From: Bacilli bacterium
GTDB lineage: Bacteria > Bacillota_I > Bacilli_A > RFN20 > CAG-826
Direction: 5' to 3'
DNA length: 64,000 bases
Assembly (NCBI GenBank): GCA_017477255.1
Contig: JAFUXB010000002.1
Location: 29,996-93,995, forward strand
A program made the translations under genes and the position numbers. Position 1 is the stretch's first letter, and every line of letters begins with the position of its first letter. Below, piece after piece: positions 15,112-25,528 of this stretch. The notes beneath the pieces are model-generated. The model did no database searches. It had not been told where the DNA came from and worked only from the letters and a program-made list of their open reading frames with translations.

Positions 15112-17004
15112 ATGGCATTTGGATTATTATATGACTTTTTAGTTGGTCAATGCACTAATGCGTTTACATATTTTGGTGCTCATTTTGAAACAAAAGAGAT
15201 CGTAGAAGAAGTAATTAATGAAAAAACTAAAAGAAAAAATCATATTAAAACAAAAGTTAGTGGTGTAACTTTTAGACTTTATGCTCCACTTGCAAGTGAT
15301 GTTTCAGTTATTGGTGATTTTAATAACTGGGATGTAACTGTAAATAAAATGCAAAAAATCGATGATAGCGGAGTTTTTGAAACTTTCATTCCTAATTTAC
15401 ATAACTATAGTTTTTATAAATATCATTTTAAAAATGCAAAAGGCGAATATGTAGATAAAGCAGATCCTTTCGCATTTTTTAGTGAATATAGACCAGGAAC
15501 ATGTAGTAGATTATTTAATATTGAAGGATTTATTTGGCATGACCGTCCATATTTAAATAATAGAAGCAGAAATTTTGATGCTCCTATGTCAATTTATGAA
15601 CTTCATTTAGGAAGTTGGAAAGGTAAAGTTGATGGAAGAAATTTAAGCTATGAGGAAATAGCTGATTATTTAATTCCTTATGTAAAAGAAATGGGATTTA
15701 CTCATATTGAAATAATGCCAATTGTCCAATATCCATTTGATGGAAGTTGGGGCTATCAAGCAACTGGTTTTTATAGCGTAGATAGTAGATATGGTAATCC
15801 AATGCAATTAATGTCATTTGTAGATAGAATGCACCAAGCAGGAATCGGTGTTATTTTAGATTTTGCACCAGTTCATTTTGCTGTAGATTCTCACGCTTTA
15901 GCTGAATTTGATGGTTCATGTTTATTTGAATATAACAATGAACATCGTTATTCTCCATGGGGAAGTTTACAATTTGATTTAGGCAAAGATCCTGTAAGAA
16001 GCTTTTTAATGAGTGCTATGAATTATTTCATTGAATATTTCCATTTTGATGGAATAAGAGTCGATGCAGTCAGTAATATTGTTTATTGGGAAGGCAATAA
16101 AAATAATGGTGAAAACTATGGAGCAACTGAATTTATTAGAAGACTTAATGGTAAAATTCACTATGTACATCCAGATGTTATGATGATTGCTGAAGATAGT
16201 ACAGATTTTACAGGTGTAACTAAACCTTTAGAATATGGTGGACTTGGATTTGATTATAAATGGGATTTAGGATGGATGAATGATACATTAAAATACTACG
16301 CATTAGATCCAATTTATAAAAAATATGATCATAATAAAATCACATTCTCAATGGCATATTTCTTTAGTGAAAATTTCTTACTTCCTTTATCTCATGATGA
16401 AGTAGTTCATGGAAAAGGAACAATAATTAATAAAATGTTTGGTGATTATGAAACTAAATTTGCATTAGTAAGAAATTTATATACTTATTTATATGGTCAT
16501 CCAGGTAAAAAATTAATGTTTATGGGTAATGAACTTGCTAGTTGGGATGAGTGGAATGAACATAAATCACTCCCTTGGGAATTAAAACGTTTCCCAAAAC
16601 ATGATTCAATTTCACGTTTAGTAAGAGATTTAAATTTAATTTATATACATGAACCAGCAATGCATTATGAAGAATATAATAGTGCTCATTATAATTGGTT
16701 AATGGTTGATAATAGTAACGATTCAGTCTTTGCTTTTGAAAGAAGAGTCGGTGATTCTCATCTAGTATTTATTTATAATATGACTCCAAATTATTATGAA
16801 TTTTATGATGTAGGACTTACTCGAGATGGAGTATATAAAGAAATATTTAATAGTGATAAAGACGTATATGGAGGAAGTAATGCTTATAATGGATTAGAGC
16901 TTACTTCAAGTGAATTTGGTCCAGAAGGTAGACCATTTAAGTTAACTGTCAAAATGGCTCCATATGCAGCAATGATATTTAAATACGTAAATAGGAAGGG
17001 TTAA
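15112..17004 (+). CDS. glgB: 1,4-alpha-glucan (glycogen) branching enzyme
   Basis: GH13 regions DFAPVHF, GIRVDAVSNI, MIAEDST and LPLSHDEVVHGK. N-terminal CBM48-like FRLYAPLASDVSVIGDFNNWD. AGAGGTG SD. Confidence 0.93.
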   Translation: MAFGLLYDFLVGQCTNAFTYFGAHFETKEIVEEVINEKTKRKNHIKTKVSGVTFRLYAPLASDVSVIGDFNNWDVTVNKMQKIDDSGVFETFIPNLHNYSFYKYHFKNAKGEYVDKADPFAFFSEYRPGTCSRLFNIEGFIWHDRPYLNNRSRNFDAPMSIYELHLGSWKGKVDGRNLSYEEIADYLIPYVKEMGFTHIEIMPIVQYPFDGSWGYQATGFYSVDSRYGNPMQLMSFVDRMHQAGIGVILDFAPVHFAVDSHALAEFDGSCLFEYNNEHRYSPWGSLQFDLGKDPVRSFLMSAMNYFIEYFHFDGIRVDAVSNIVYWEGNKNNGENYGATEFIRRLNGKIHYVHPDVMMIAEDSTDFTGVTKPLEYGGLGFDYKWDLGWMNDTLKYYALDPIYKKYDHNKITFSMAYFFSENFLLPLSHDEVVHGKGTIINKMFGDYETKFALVRNLYTYLYGHPGKKLMFMGNELASWDEWNEHKSLPWELKRFPKHDSISRLVRDLNLIYIHEPAMHYEEYNSAHYNWLMVDNSNDSVFAFERRVGDSHLVFIYNMTPNYYEFYDVGLTRDGVYKEIFNSDKDVYGGSNAYNGLELTSSEFGPEGRPFKLTVKMAPYAAMIFKYVNRKG

Positions 17005-17007
17005 TTT

Positions 17008-19422
17008 ATGTTTAAAGATAAAAAAGAATTTGCACAAATGTTTAAAGAAAAACTTATTGCTAAGTATGGAAAATCTCCAAACGAAGCTCATATTTTAGAA
17101 AAATACGATATTCTTGGTGAACTTGTTAGAGATTATGCAGGAGTTGAGTGGAGAAATACTAGGGAATATGTTTTAGAAAACCATGAAAAACAATTATTTT
17201 ATTTCTCAATGGAATTTTTAATTGGAAGACTTTTAACAAGCAATATGATGAATCTTGGAATTTATGATATTTGTAGAGATGGTCTTGCTGATTTAGGAAT
17301 TGATATTGGTGAATTAGAAGATGTTGAAGTAGATGCAGGACTTGGTAATGGAGGTCTTGGTAGACTTGCAGCTTGTTTCCTTGATTCAATCGCATCTTTA
17401 AATTATCCAGGACATGGAAACTGTATTAGATATGAATATGGATTCTTTAAACAAAAATTAGTTGATAATAAACAAATTGAACTTCCTGATCAATGGTTAA
17501 CTAATGGTTATGTTTGGGAAATTAGAAAACCAAAACATGCTGTAAATGTTTCATTTTATGGAAACGCAGAAACTTATTTAAAACCAGATGGAACTTATGG
17601 ATTAAGAACTGTTAATGATATTAAAGTTTTAGCTATGCCTTATGATGTTTATGTCCCAGGATATAAAAATAAACTTGCAAATAGTTTAAGACTTTGGAGT
17701 GCTCAACCTTGTGAACAAGAACTTCCTCAAGGAGTAAGTTTTGAAGATTATTTAACAACTTTAAAAGAATTATCACATGGTTTATATCCAGATGATTCAA
17801 CTGAACATGGACGTATTTTAAGACTTAGACAACAATATTTCTTTATTAGTGCAGGGTTACAAAGTGCTATGAGAGGACATATTAGAAGATATGGTAACCT
17901 CGATAAATTCTATGAAAAACATGTTTTCCAATTAAATGATACTCATCCAATTTTAGCAATTCCTGAAATGATGAGACTTTTAATTGATGTTTATGAATAT
18001 GGTTGGGATGAAGCTTGGGATCAAGTTACAAAATGTATTGCTTATACTAACCACACAATCATGCCAGAAGCATTAGAAAAATGGCCAGTTAGATATATTC
18101 AAGAATTAATTCCTCGTTGTTATATGATTATTGAAGAAATTAATAGAAGAATGTATATCTGGATGAATCAAAATCATATTAAAGAAAGTGAACAACAAGA
18201 TATGATTATTATTAAAGATGGCATGGTCAGAATGACTAATTTGGCTTTATGGACTTGCTATAGCATTAATGGAGTAGCAGCAATTCATACAGATATTTTA
18301 AAAAGAGAAACATTTAAGACTTTCTATAAATATTTCCCTGAAAAATTTAATAATAAAACAAATGGAATTACTCATAGAAGATGGCTTTTATATTCAAATC
18401 AAAAACTTGCAAGTTTTATTAAAGAACTAATTGGTGATGGATTTGAAAAAAATCCAGAAAACGAATTACCAAAACTCTTAGCTTATAAAGATGACAAAGA
18501 AGTTTTGGCTCGTTTAATGGAAATTAAGAAAGAAAACAAAGTTGATTTTGCTAAATATGTTAAAGAAAAAACTGGTATTATTATTGATCCAAATTCAATC
18601 TTTGACACTCAAATTAAGCGATTACATGCTTATAAACGTCAATTACTTAACATCTTTAGAATAATTCATTATTACTTTGAACTTAAAACAAATCCAGAAT
18701 TTAAAATGGAACCACATACATTTATTTTTGGAGCAAAAGCAGCACCTTCATATTATTTTGCAAAGCAAATTATTGAACTTATTTTAAATGTTGCTGATGT
18801 AATTAATAATGATCCAGAAGTAAATGAATATATGAAAGTAGTATTTATGGAAAATTATGGTGTTACAATTGCAGAACACATTATTCCAGCTACTGATATT
18901 AGTGAACAAATTTCAACTGCAGGAAAAGAAGCAAGTGGAACAAGTAATATGAAATTTATGATGAATGGTGCTTTAACACTTGGAACTTTAGATGGCGCAA
19001 ATGTTGAAATTGCAGATAGAGTTAAAGATGAAAACATCTTTATATTTGGCTTAAAAGTTGAAGATATCGATAAAATTAAGAAAACAAATGGTTATAATGC
19101 TTGGGATGAATATAACTCAAATACAAAAGTAAGAAGAGTATTAGATAGTTTATTTAATGGTCCATGGTGTAAAATGCCAAATAATTTTAGAGGTATTTTT
19201 GATGAAATTATGAATCACAACGATGAATATTTCATTTTAAAAGATTTTGATTCATATTTAGAAGCTTCAAAAGCAATTGAACAATATTATTTAGATAAAG
19301 AAGCATGGGCAAGAAGTTGCTTAATTAATATTGCTGAAAGTGGTTATTTCTCAAGTGATAGAACAATTGAAGAATATAACCGTGATATTTGGCATTTAAA
19401 TAAGATCCCATCAGAGAAATAA
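17008..19422 (+). CDS. glgP: Glycogen/maltodextrin phosphorylase
   Basis: 804 aa GT35. PLP-lysine motif EASGTSNMKFMMNGALTLGTLDGANVE. Also LGNGGLGRLAACFLDS. Confidence 0.95.
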   Translation: MFKDKKEFAQMFKEKLIAKYGKSPNEAHILEKYDILGELVRDYAGVEWRNTREYVLENHEKQLFYFSMEFLIGRLLTSNMMNLGIYDICRDGLADLGIDIGELEDVEVDAGLGNGGLGRLAACFLDSIASLNYPGHGNCIRYEYGFFKQKLVDNKQIELPDQWLTNGYVWEIRKPKHAVNVSFYGNAETYLKPDGTYGLRTVNDIKVLAMPYDVYVPGYKNKLANSLRLWSAQPCEQELPQGVSFEDYLTTLKELSHGLYPDDSTEHGRILRLRQQYFFISAGLQSAMRGHIRRYGNLDKFYEKHVFQLNDTHPILAIPEMMRLLIDVYEYGWDEAWDQVTKCIAYTNHTIMPEALEKWPVRYIQELIPRCYMIIEEINRRMYIWMNQNHIKESEQQDMIIIKDGMVRMTNLALWTCYSINGVAAIHTDILKRETFKTFYKYFPEKFNNKTNGITHRRWLLYSNQKLASFIKELIGDGFEKNPENELPKLLAYKDDKEVLARLMEIKKENKVDFAKYVKEKTGIIIDPNSIFDTQIKRLHAYKRQLLNIFRIIHYYFELKTNPEFKMEPHTFIFGAKAAPSYYFAKQIIELILNVADVINNDPEVNEYMKVVFMENYGVTIAEHIIPATDISEQISTAGKEASGTSNMKFMMNGALTLGTLDGANVEIADRVKDENIFIFGLKVEDIDKIKKTNGYNAWDEYNSNTKVRRVLDSLFNGPWCKMPNNFRGIFDEIMNHNDEYFILKDFDSYLEASKAIEQYYLDKEAWARSCLINIAESGYFSSDRTIEEYNRDIWHLNKIPSEK

Positions 19423-19423
19423 T

Positions 19424-20518
19424 ATGTATAAACAAGAATTTAATTTACTAAAAAAGTTAACTGAAGCTCATGGAGTTTCAGGTTTTGAAGAAGAAGTTAC
19501 AAATCTTATTGAAAAAGAGTTGAATGATACTAGATTTGTTATTGAAAAAGATGCTTTAGGTTCATTAATTGTTCATTATCAAACAGATTTAACAAAACCT
19601 TTAATTTCTTTTTCAGCTCACGTTGATGAAGTAGGTTTTGTTGTAAGCGAAATAACAAATAAAGGTTTTTTAAAGCTTAAAACTATTGGTGGATGGCAAA
19701 ATTACATAATTCCTTCATCAAAAGTAATAATTAAAGCTTCTAATGGGGATAAATTTATAGGAATTATTGGAAATGAAGCCCCACATTATGCAAATAGTGA
19801 CGATTACGCAACGATTTTTGATTTAAATAACATTTATATCGATATTGGTGCTTTTTCTAAAAAAGAGGTGCTAGAAAAAGGAATTAATGTAGGTAATCCA
19901 ATTGTTCCTTATAGCGAATTAGAAGTGTTAAATGATAACATCGTTGTTGGAAAAGCTCTTGATGATAGAATTTGTGCAACAAGTCTTGTTCTAGCACTTA
20001 AAAAACTCGCTAAAAATGATGTAAAATGCAATTTTGTTGCTATATTTACTACTCAAGAAGAAGTTGGAACACGTGGTGCAAAGACTTCGATAGCTAAAGT
20101 TAATAGTGATATTGGCTTTGCAATTGATGTTACTGATAGTTTTGATACTGAAACATCTATTCAATTTCCTTGTGGATTAGGAAGCGGAGTAGCATTAAGT
20201 TTTAAAGATGGTGGAACAATTGCACATCATGGGTTATTTAACTATGTATTAAATTTATTTAATAAAAATAAAATAAAAAATACCTATGATCCTATGGATG
20301 TTGGAGGCACTGATTCTTCAAGAATTCATAAGAATGATATAGGTATTGTTAATATGACAATTTCTCTTCCAGTTCGCTATATGCATAGCCCTTATACTGT
20401 TGGTAGTTTGGAAGATTTAGTAACATTAACAAATGCAATAATCTTACTTGCTAAACGACTAACAAAAGAAGAAGTAAACAATATTAAAGAAGCAAAATAC
20501 AAAAGAATTATAAAGTAA
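19424..20518 (+). CDS. M42 family metallopeptidase (glutamyl aminopeptidase / CelM-like)
   Basis: SAHVDEVGFVV, GKALDDRICA, TTQEEVGTRGA and a C-terminal RYMHSP motif typical of M42. 364 aa. Confidence 0.85.
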   Translation: MYKQEFNLLKKLTEAHGVSGFEEEVTNLIEKELNDTRFVIEKDALGSLIVHYQTDLTKPLISFSAHVDEVGFVVSEITNKGFLKLKTIGGWQNYIIPSSKVIIKASNGDKFIGIIGNEAPHYANSDDYATIFDLNNIYIDIGAFSKKEVLEKGINVGNPIVPYSELEVLNDNIVVGKALDDRICATSLVLALKKLAKNDVKCNFVAIFTTQEEVGTRGAKTSIAKVNSDIGFAIDVTDSFDTETSIQFPCGLGSGVALSFKDGGTIAHHGLFNYVLNLFNKNKIKNTYDPMDVGGTDSSRIHKNDIGIVNMTISLPVRYMHSPYTVGSLEDLVTLTNAIILLAKRLTKEEVNNIKEAKYKRIIK

Positions 20519-20549
20519 AAAAATAATGCCAACCGGCATTATTTTTTAT
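20519..20549. terminator. Bidirectional rho-independent terminator between convergent genes
   Basis: Stem AATAATGCC (20522-20530) / GGCATTATT (20535-20543), loop AACC, A-run upstream and T-run downstream. The right arm overlaps the stop of the minus-strand gene. Confidence 0.8.
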
Positions 20550-20982
20550 TTGGGATTAAATCTTTGATGTTTTCTTCGGTGAAGCATTCAACACCAGCTT
20601 TTATAAGCAATTCACTAGTAAACCCCTGAAAATCTACTAATTTATTACTAAAAGTACCATCATAAATATGTTTAACTCCACATGATGGACTATTTTCTTT
20701 TAGCAAAGCCTTTTTAATATGTAAGAATTTTACGATATTTAAAACTTGATCAGCACCCTTTACAAAGTACTTTGTGACGTCTTGTCCTTTTTCATTTATT
20801 GCTCGATTTCCTTTTCTTTCACTTTTAAGACGAGGAATAGAAAGACCACCCATTGTTTCAGGGCAGATAGGAATAATTTCGTAATATTGTTTAATTTCCT
20901 CTATTTCCTTAGTGTAATTATTTTTGCCATTATATTTACAATTATCACCAAGTAAACATGCACTAACTAATATTTTTTCCAT
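20539..20982 (-). CDS. DUF523 / TudS-family (2-thiouracil desulfurase-like) Fe-S protein
   Basis: ILVSACLLGDNCKYNGKNNY, PICPETMGGLSIPR and ENSPSCG motifs of DUF523. AAGAGG SD. Confidence 0.8.
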   Translation of the reverse strand: MEKILVSACLLGDNCKYNGKNNYTKEIEEIKQYYEIIPICPETMGGLSIPRLKSERKGNRAINEKGQDVTKYFVKGADQVLNIVKFLHIKKALLKENSPSCGVKHIYDGTFSNKLVDFQGFTSELLIKAGVECFTEENIKDLIPNKK

Positions 20983-21073
20983 AACGAACCTCTTTAGTAA
21001 TTATAGTTAAAAAGGAACGTAATTTCTATATTATATATTACTAATTAGACCTTATTTTTAGTATAATATTGAC

Positions 21074-21994
21074 ATGTGGATTGCAATTATTATTGTTAGT
21101 AGTCTAATCGTTTTAATTTTTACATTATTATTCTTATTTGGTGCAATTGCAGCAAATTTAGCTATGAAAAGAGCTCCAAAAGAGCCTGATTTTTTTACTT
21201 TAGTGAAGGAAAGTGGTAGACCTGCTGTTTGCGAAGACTTTACTTTCTATACTCCTAAAGAAAAAGTAACAATAAAAAGTGATGATGGATTAACTTTAGC
21301 TGGTTATTTCATGAACAATAATTCTCATAATTATGTATTCTGTGTTCATGGATATAGAACTAGATGGTATAAACATACGTTTTTTACTGATTATTATTAT
21401 AATAAAGGATTCAATATTTTGTTTAATTGTCAAAGAGGACATACCGATTCTGAAGGCGATTATATAACAATGGGATATAAAGAAAAGTACGATGTAATCA
21501 AATGGATTAATTGGATTATTGAAAGAGATAAGGATGCGAAAATAATTTTATTTGGCTATTCAATGGGTGCAGCAACAGTACTAGGTGCTTCAGGTCATGA
21601 TTTACCAAGTAATGTTAAATGTATTATTGCTGATTCTGGATATACTTCAATCTATGATGAATGTAAAAGTGTATTTAAAGAAAGATATAAGAAATTACCT
21701 GTTGGATTTTGTATTTATGGAGCATATTTATATGCAAAATTGTTCTTAAAAGTTGATATGAAAAAAGATTCAATGATTGAAAATGTATCAAAAACACATA
21801 TTCCAATGCTATTTTTCCATGGAACTGATGATAAAATGGTTAATTATAAGTTTATTTATAAACTATATGATGCATATAAATATGACACAAAAGAAATGTA
21901 TGTTTATGAAGGATCTAAACATTGTAAAGAAATAGAAGATCATCGTGATGACTATATTGAAAAAGTAGAAAATTTTGTTACTAAATATTTTTAA
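21074..21994 (+). CDS. Membrane-anchored alpha/beta hydrolase
   Basis: N-terminal TM (WIAIIIVSSLIVLIFTLLFLFGAIAA), HGY oxyanion region, nucleophile elbow GYSMGAA, and FFHGTDDKMV..GSKHC. TATAAT (21062-21067) lies 6 nt before the ATG and there is no SD. Confidence 0.8.
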   Translation: MWIAIIIVSSLIVLIFTLLFLFGAIAANLAMKRAPKEPDFFTLVKESGRPAVCEDFTFYTPKEKVTIKSDDGLTLAGYFMNNNSHNYVFCVHGYRTRWYKHTFFTDYYYNKGFNILFNCQRGHTDSEGDYITMGYKEKYDVIKWINWIIERDKDAKIILFGYSMGAATVLGASGHDLPSNVKCIIADSGYTSIYDECKSVFKERYKKLPVGFCIYGAYLYAKLFLKVDMKKDSMIENVSKTHIPMLFFHGTDDKMVNYKFIYKLYDAYKYDTKEMYVYEGSKHCKEIEDHRDDYIEKVENFVTKYF

Positions 21995-21996
21995 TT

Positions 21997-22647
21997 ATGA
22001 AAAAAGAAGGCCGATTTGCTTATAAAAACGAAGAATTTCCTGTTTTAATTGAATATAAAAGAATAAGAAATATTCATTATAGAATTAAAGATGGGATTAT
22101 TAAAATTTCATCTCCATATGCAGTAAGTGAACGTTATTTATATAAAGAACTAGAAAAATATTTTCCTGAACTTTATGAAAGATATACAAAGTATAAAGAT
22201 AGTTTTGATATAGGTTTTAAAGCAGAAGGAGTTTATATTTACGGAGAATTAGTTCCTTTTAGCGATGGTTTTATAAAGGTTGATAATCATTATATTTTAT
22301 TTAATGATAAAGATGATTTTTATAAAAAGATAAAGAAATATGTTCGTCCATATTTTGAAAGTTTATTAAGAAAACATGAGCAAATAATGGGTATTAAAAA
22401 TCCTTATAAACTTACTCTTAGATATACTAAAACTAGATATGGTTCAAATAGTAAAAACACCCATAACATCACACTTAGTTTGTTTTTAGTACACTTTAGT
22501 GAAGAGATTATTGAAAGTGTAATTATTCATGAATTAACCCATGATAAATATAGAAATCATCAAAAAGAATTTTATGATAGATTGTATTTATTTTGCCCAA
22601 ACTATGATATATTAACAAAGAAGTTGAAGAAAGGAATTTTAAAGTGA
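21997..22647 (+). CDS. YgjP-like (DUF45/M48-related) zinc metallohydrolase
   Basis: HExxH in VIIHELTHDKYRNHQKEFY, typical of the DUF45 family. 216 aa. Confidence 0.7.
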   Translation: MKKEGRFAYKNEEFPVLIEYKRIRNIHYRIKDGIIKISSPYAVSERYLYKELEKYFPELYERYTKYKDSFDIGFKAEGVYIYGELVPFSDGFIKVDNHYILFNDKDDFYKKIKKYVRPYFESLLRKHEQIMGIKNPYKLTLRYTKTRYGSNSKNTHNITLSLFLVHFSEEIIESVIIHELTHDKYRNHQKEFYDRLYLFCPNYDILTKKLKKGILK

Positions 22648-23372
22648 TTAAGACCATACAATCTTTAAATAATGAATTTATTAAATATTTAAATTCTTTG
22701 AAAAATACTTCTGAAATTAAAAAAGAAGATAGATTTTTAATTGAAGGAGAACATTTAATTAAAGAAGCAGGAGAATTTTTAGATTGTGTTTTAACTTTAA
22801 AAGAAATTCCTGACTTAAAAGTTGATCAATTTATAGTAAATGAAAGTATTTTAAAAAAGTTAAGTAATGGCAAATCGCCAGCTAGAATTATTGGTGTTGT
22901 AAATATACCAAAAAATGAAAAAGAGGTGGGAAAACATATAGTTTTCTTAAATAATATTCAAGATCCAGGCAATGTTGGAACTATTTTTAGAACCTCATTG
23001 GCTTTTGATTTTTTTGATGTTTATTGTGATAAAGGATGTGCATATAAATATAGTCCAAAAGTTGTGCAAAGTTCACAAGGATCAATATTTAAATTAAACA
23101 TCAAAGATAGTTCGCTTGAAGAACTTAAAAAATTAAAAGAGGCTGGATTTGCTATAGTTTCTACAACTTTATCAGAGAAATCTATCAAGTTAAATGACTT
23201 AACAGAGCTTCCAGAAAAATATGTTTTAGTATTTGGAAATGAAGGACAAGGAGTAGATAAAGAAATCTTAGATTTATCTAATATTCATCTTAAAATTGAG
23301 ATGGGCAATATAGATTCATTAAATGTTGCGATTAGTGCAGGAATTATTTTGCACGCATTTAAAAATAAGTAA
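22644..23372 (+). CDS. TrmH/SpoU-family RNA 2'-O-methyltransferase (RlmB/YsgA-like)
   Basis: IQDPGNVGTIFRTS, LVFGNEGQGV and SLNVAISAGIILH motifs. GTG start overlaps the upstream stop. Confidence 0.85.
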   Translation: MIKTIQSLNNEFIKYLNSLKNTSEIKKEDRFLIEGEHLIKEAGEFLDCVLTLKEIPDLKVDQFIVNESILKKLSNGKSPARIIGVVNIPKNEKEVGKHIVFLNNIQDPGNVGTIFRTSLAFDFFDVYCDKGCAYKYSPKVVQSSQGSIFKLNIKDSSLEELKKLKEAGFAIVSTTLSEKSIKLNDLTELPEKYVLVFGNEGQGVDKEILDLSNIHLKIEMGNIDSLNVAISAGIILHAFKNK

Positions 23373-23480
23373 TTGACAAGATATTAAATATTTTATTTAA
23401 TATAGATACTTTATGCATTGTTTTAGGACATCCCAACCTTAAACAAAGTTTAAAGCGTATTTAATTGAAAGGGGAAAACT

Positions 23481-23750
23481 ATGGCTTTAGCAAAAACTGA
23501 AAAAGAAGCAATTATCAAGAAATTTGGTAAAAATGAGAAAGATACTGGTTCTATCGAAGTTCAAGTTGCATTATTAACAGCTAGAATTAAAGAATTAACT
23601 GCTCATTTAAAAGCAAATAACAAAGATAATAGCGCAAGAAGAAGTTTACTTGTCATGGTCGGTCAAAGAAAATCTTTATTAGGTTATCTTGAAAAAACTA
23701 ACAGAGATGCTTATTTAAAACTTATCGCCGATCTTGGATTAAGAAAATAA
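23481..23750 (+). CDS. rpsO: 30S ribosomal protein S15
   Basis: 89 aa, [22 protein letters not shown]...[23 protein letters not shown] at 23373-23378 starts a ~100-nt leader. Confidence 0.95.
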   Translation: MALAKTEKEAIIKKFGKNEKDTGSIEVQVALLTARIKELTAHLKANNKDNSARRSLLVMVGQRKSLLGYLEKTNRDAYLKLIADLGLRK

Positions 23751-23768
23751 TTAAAGCAAACTTATTGA

Positions 23769-23800
23769 AAAGACTCTATAATTAAATAGAGTCTTTTTTT
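23769..23800 (+). terminator. Rho-independent terminator after rpsO
   Basis: 11-bp stem AAAGACTCTAT (23769-23779) / ATAGAGTCTTT (23786-23796), T-run to 23800. The next ATG (23801) abuts the T-run. Confidence 0.8.
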
Positions 23801-25528
23801 ATGGAAAAAGTAAGTAAAACGTTTAAAAAGTTTAAAAAAGAGTTAATTCTTGGTCCTTTATTCAAAAGTGTGGAAGTTGTTGGTGAACTTCTAATCCCTT
23901 TTGTAATGAAATATATTTTAAACGAAGGACTAGATAATTTTAAAAATAGTAGTGATATAGGCTATATTTTATATCCTGGCTTAATAATTTTAGGAATTTG
24001 CATTGTTTCTTTCTTTTCTACATTAGTTGCTCAATATATGGCTTCAGTAGCTGGACCAGGAATTGGAAATGATTTAAGAAATAGAATTTATGAAAAAATA
24101 ATGAAAATTTCTCATGAAGATAAAAATAAATTTAGAAAAGGATATTTAGTAAACTTAATTTCAAGTGATTCATTTAATATTCAACAAGCAAGTGCAATGT
24201 TTATAAGACTTGTATTTAGAGCACCAGTTTTAGTGATTGGATCTTTAGTTTGTGCATTTATTATTAATGTAAAATATGGATTAATTTGTTTAATTATTTT
24301 ACCTATTGCAGTAGCGATTTTAGCTTTGTTTTTAGTAGTTCATGGTAAACAATACATTAAAATTCAAAATTCTTTAGATAATTTATCTGTTTCAACAAGT
24401 GATTTTATTAAAGGTCAAAGAACAATTAGAGCATTTAATAAACAATCTGATGCAGAAGAAAAATTCTCGATTAAATCTAATGATTATTATTCAAATGTAA
24501 GAAGATCTAACTTTATTTCTGCTTTAATTTCACCTTTAACTTTTTTAATTATTAATGTTGGAATTTCAATTATTGTTTATTTTTCAAAAGATGCAGCAAT
24601 AAATAATGAAATAACTAGTGGTGATATAGCTGCAATTATTTCTTATTTAACTCAAATTTTAATGGCTTTAATCGTAATTTCTGATTTAACTGTTATTTAT
24701 TCAAAAGCATTTGTTTCAAATAAAAGAATAAATAATTTCTTAACTTCAGAAGTTGGAGTTAGTTCAAATGGAAATTTAAAAAACGTAGAAATAAATGATA
24801 ATGAAAATCTTTTATTCTTTAACAATGTAAGTTTTAAATTTAAAGATAATTCAAAAAATACGCTTGAAAATATAGAGTTTTCTATTAAAAAAGGTGAAAA
24901 AGTTGGAATTATAGGAAGTACTGGAAGTGGAAAAAGTACATTTTTAAAACTTATTTTAAGATTTGTTGAACCAACTGATGGAGAAATTATATATAAAGGA
25001 AATAAAATTGAAGATTACGATCTTAAATATTTAAGAGAAAACATATCAACATGTAGTCAAAATGTTTCCTTATTAAATGGATCAATTAAAGATAATTTAT
25101 TATTAGGAAATAAAAATCATACAGAAGTAGAAATTGTTAAAGCTTTAAAAGAAGCAAAATGTGATTTTGTATTTGATTATGATGATTTTATTGATCATAA
25201 AATTTTAGATAATGGCAATAATTTAAGTGGAGGTCAAAAGCAAAGATTATCGATCGCAAGGGCATTACTTAAAGATAGTGACTTATTTATTTTAGATGAT
25301 TCCACAAGTGCTTTAGATTATTTAACTGAAAAAGAAATAAGAGAAAATTTAAATAAAAGAGGAGTATCTTTAATTTATATTTCCCAAAGAACAAGTTGTT
25401 TAAAAGATTGTGATAAAATTTATGTTTTTGATAATGGAAAAATTGAATCTGTTGGGAAACATGATGAATTATTAAAAATTTCTAATATTTATAAAGAAAT
25501 TACTGAATTACAAGCGAGGGTTGAATAA
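23801..25528 (+). CDS. ABC exporter permease/ATPase subunit with degenerate catalytic site (heterodimer partner 1)
   Basis: 6-TM domain plus NBD. Walker A GSTGSGKST and signature LSGGQKQR are canonical. Walker B is LFILDDSTSALD (Asp replaces the catalytic Glu) and the switch region is IYISQRTS (Gln replaces His). Confidence 0.88.
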   Translation: MEKVSKTFKKFKKELILGPLFKSVEVVGELLIPFVMKYILNEGLDNFKNSSDIGYILYPGLIILGICIVSFFSTLVAQYMASVAGPGIGNDLRNRIYEKIMKISHEDKNKFRKGYLVNLISSDSFNIQQASAMFIRLVFRAPVLVIGSLVCAFIINVKYGLICLIILPIAVAILALFLVVHGKQYIKIQNSLDNLSVSTSDFIKGQRTIRAFNKQSDAEEKFSIKSNDYYSNVRRSNFISALISPLTFLIINVGISIIVYFSKDAAINNEITSGDIAAIISYLTQILMALIVISDLTVIYSKAFVSNKRINNFLTSEVGVSSNGNLKNVEINDNENLLFFNNVSFKFKDNSKNTLENIEFSIKKGEKVGIIGSTGSGKSTFLKLILRFVEPTDGEIIYKGNKIEDYDLKYLRENISTCSQNVSLLNGSIKDNLLLGNKNHTEVEIVKALKEAKCDFVFDYDDFIDHKILDNGNNLSGGQKQRLSIARALLKDSDLFILDDSTSALDYLTEKEIRENLNKRGVSLIYISQRTSCLKDCDKIYVFDNGKIESVGKHDELLKISNIYKEITELQARVE

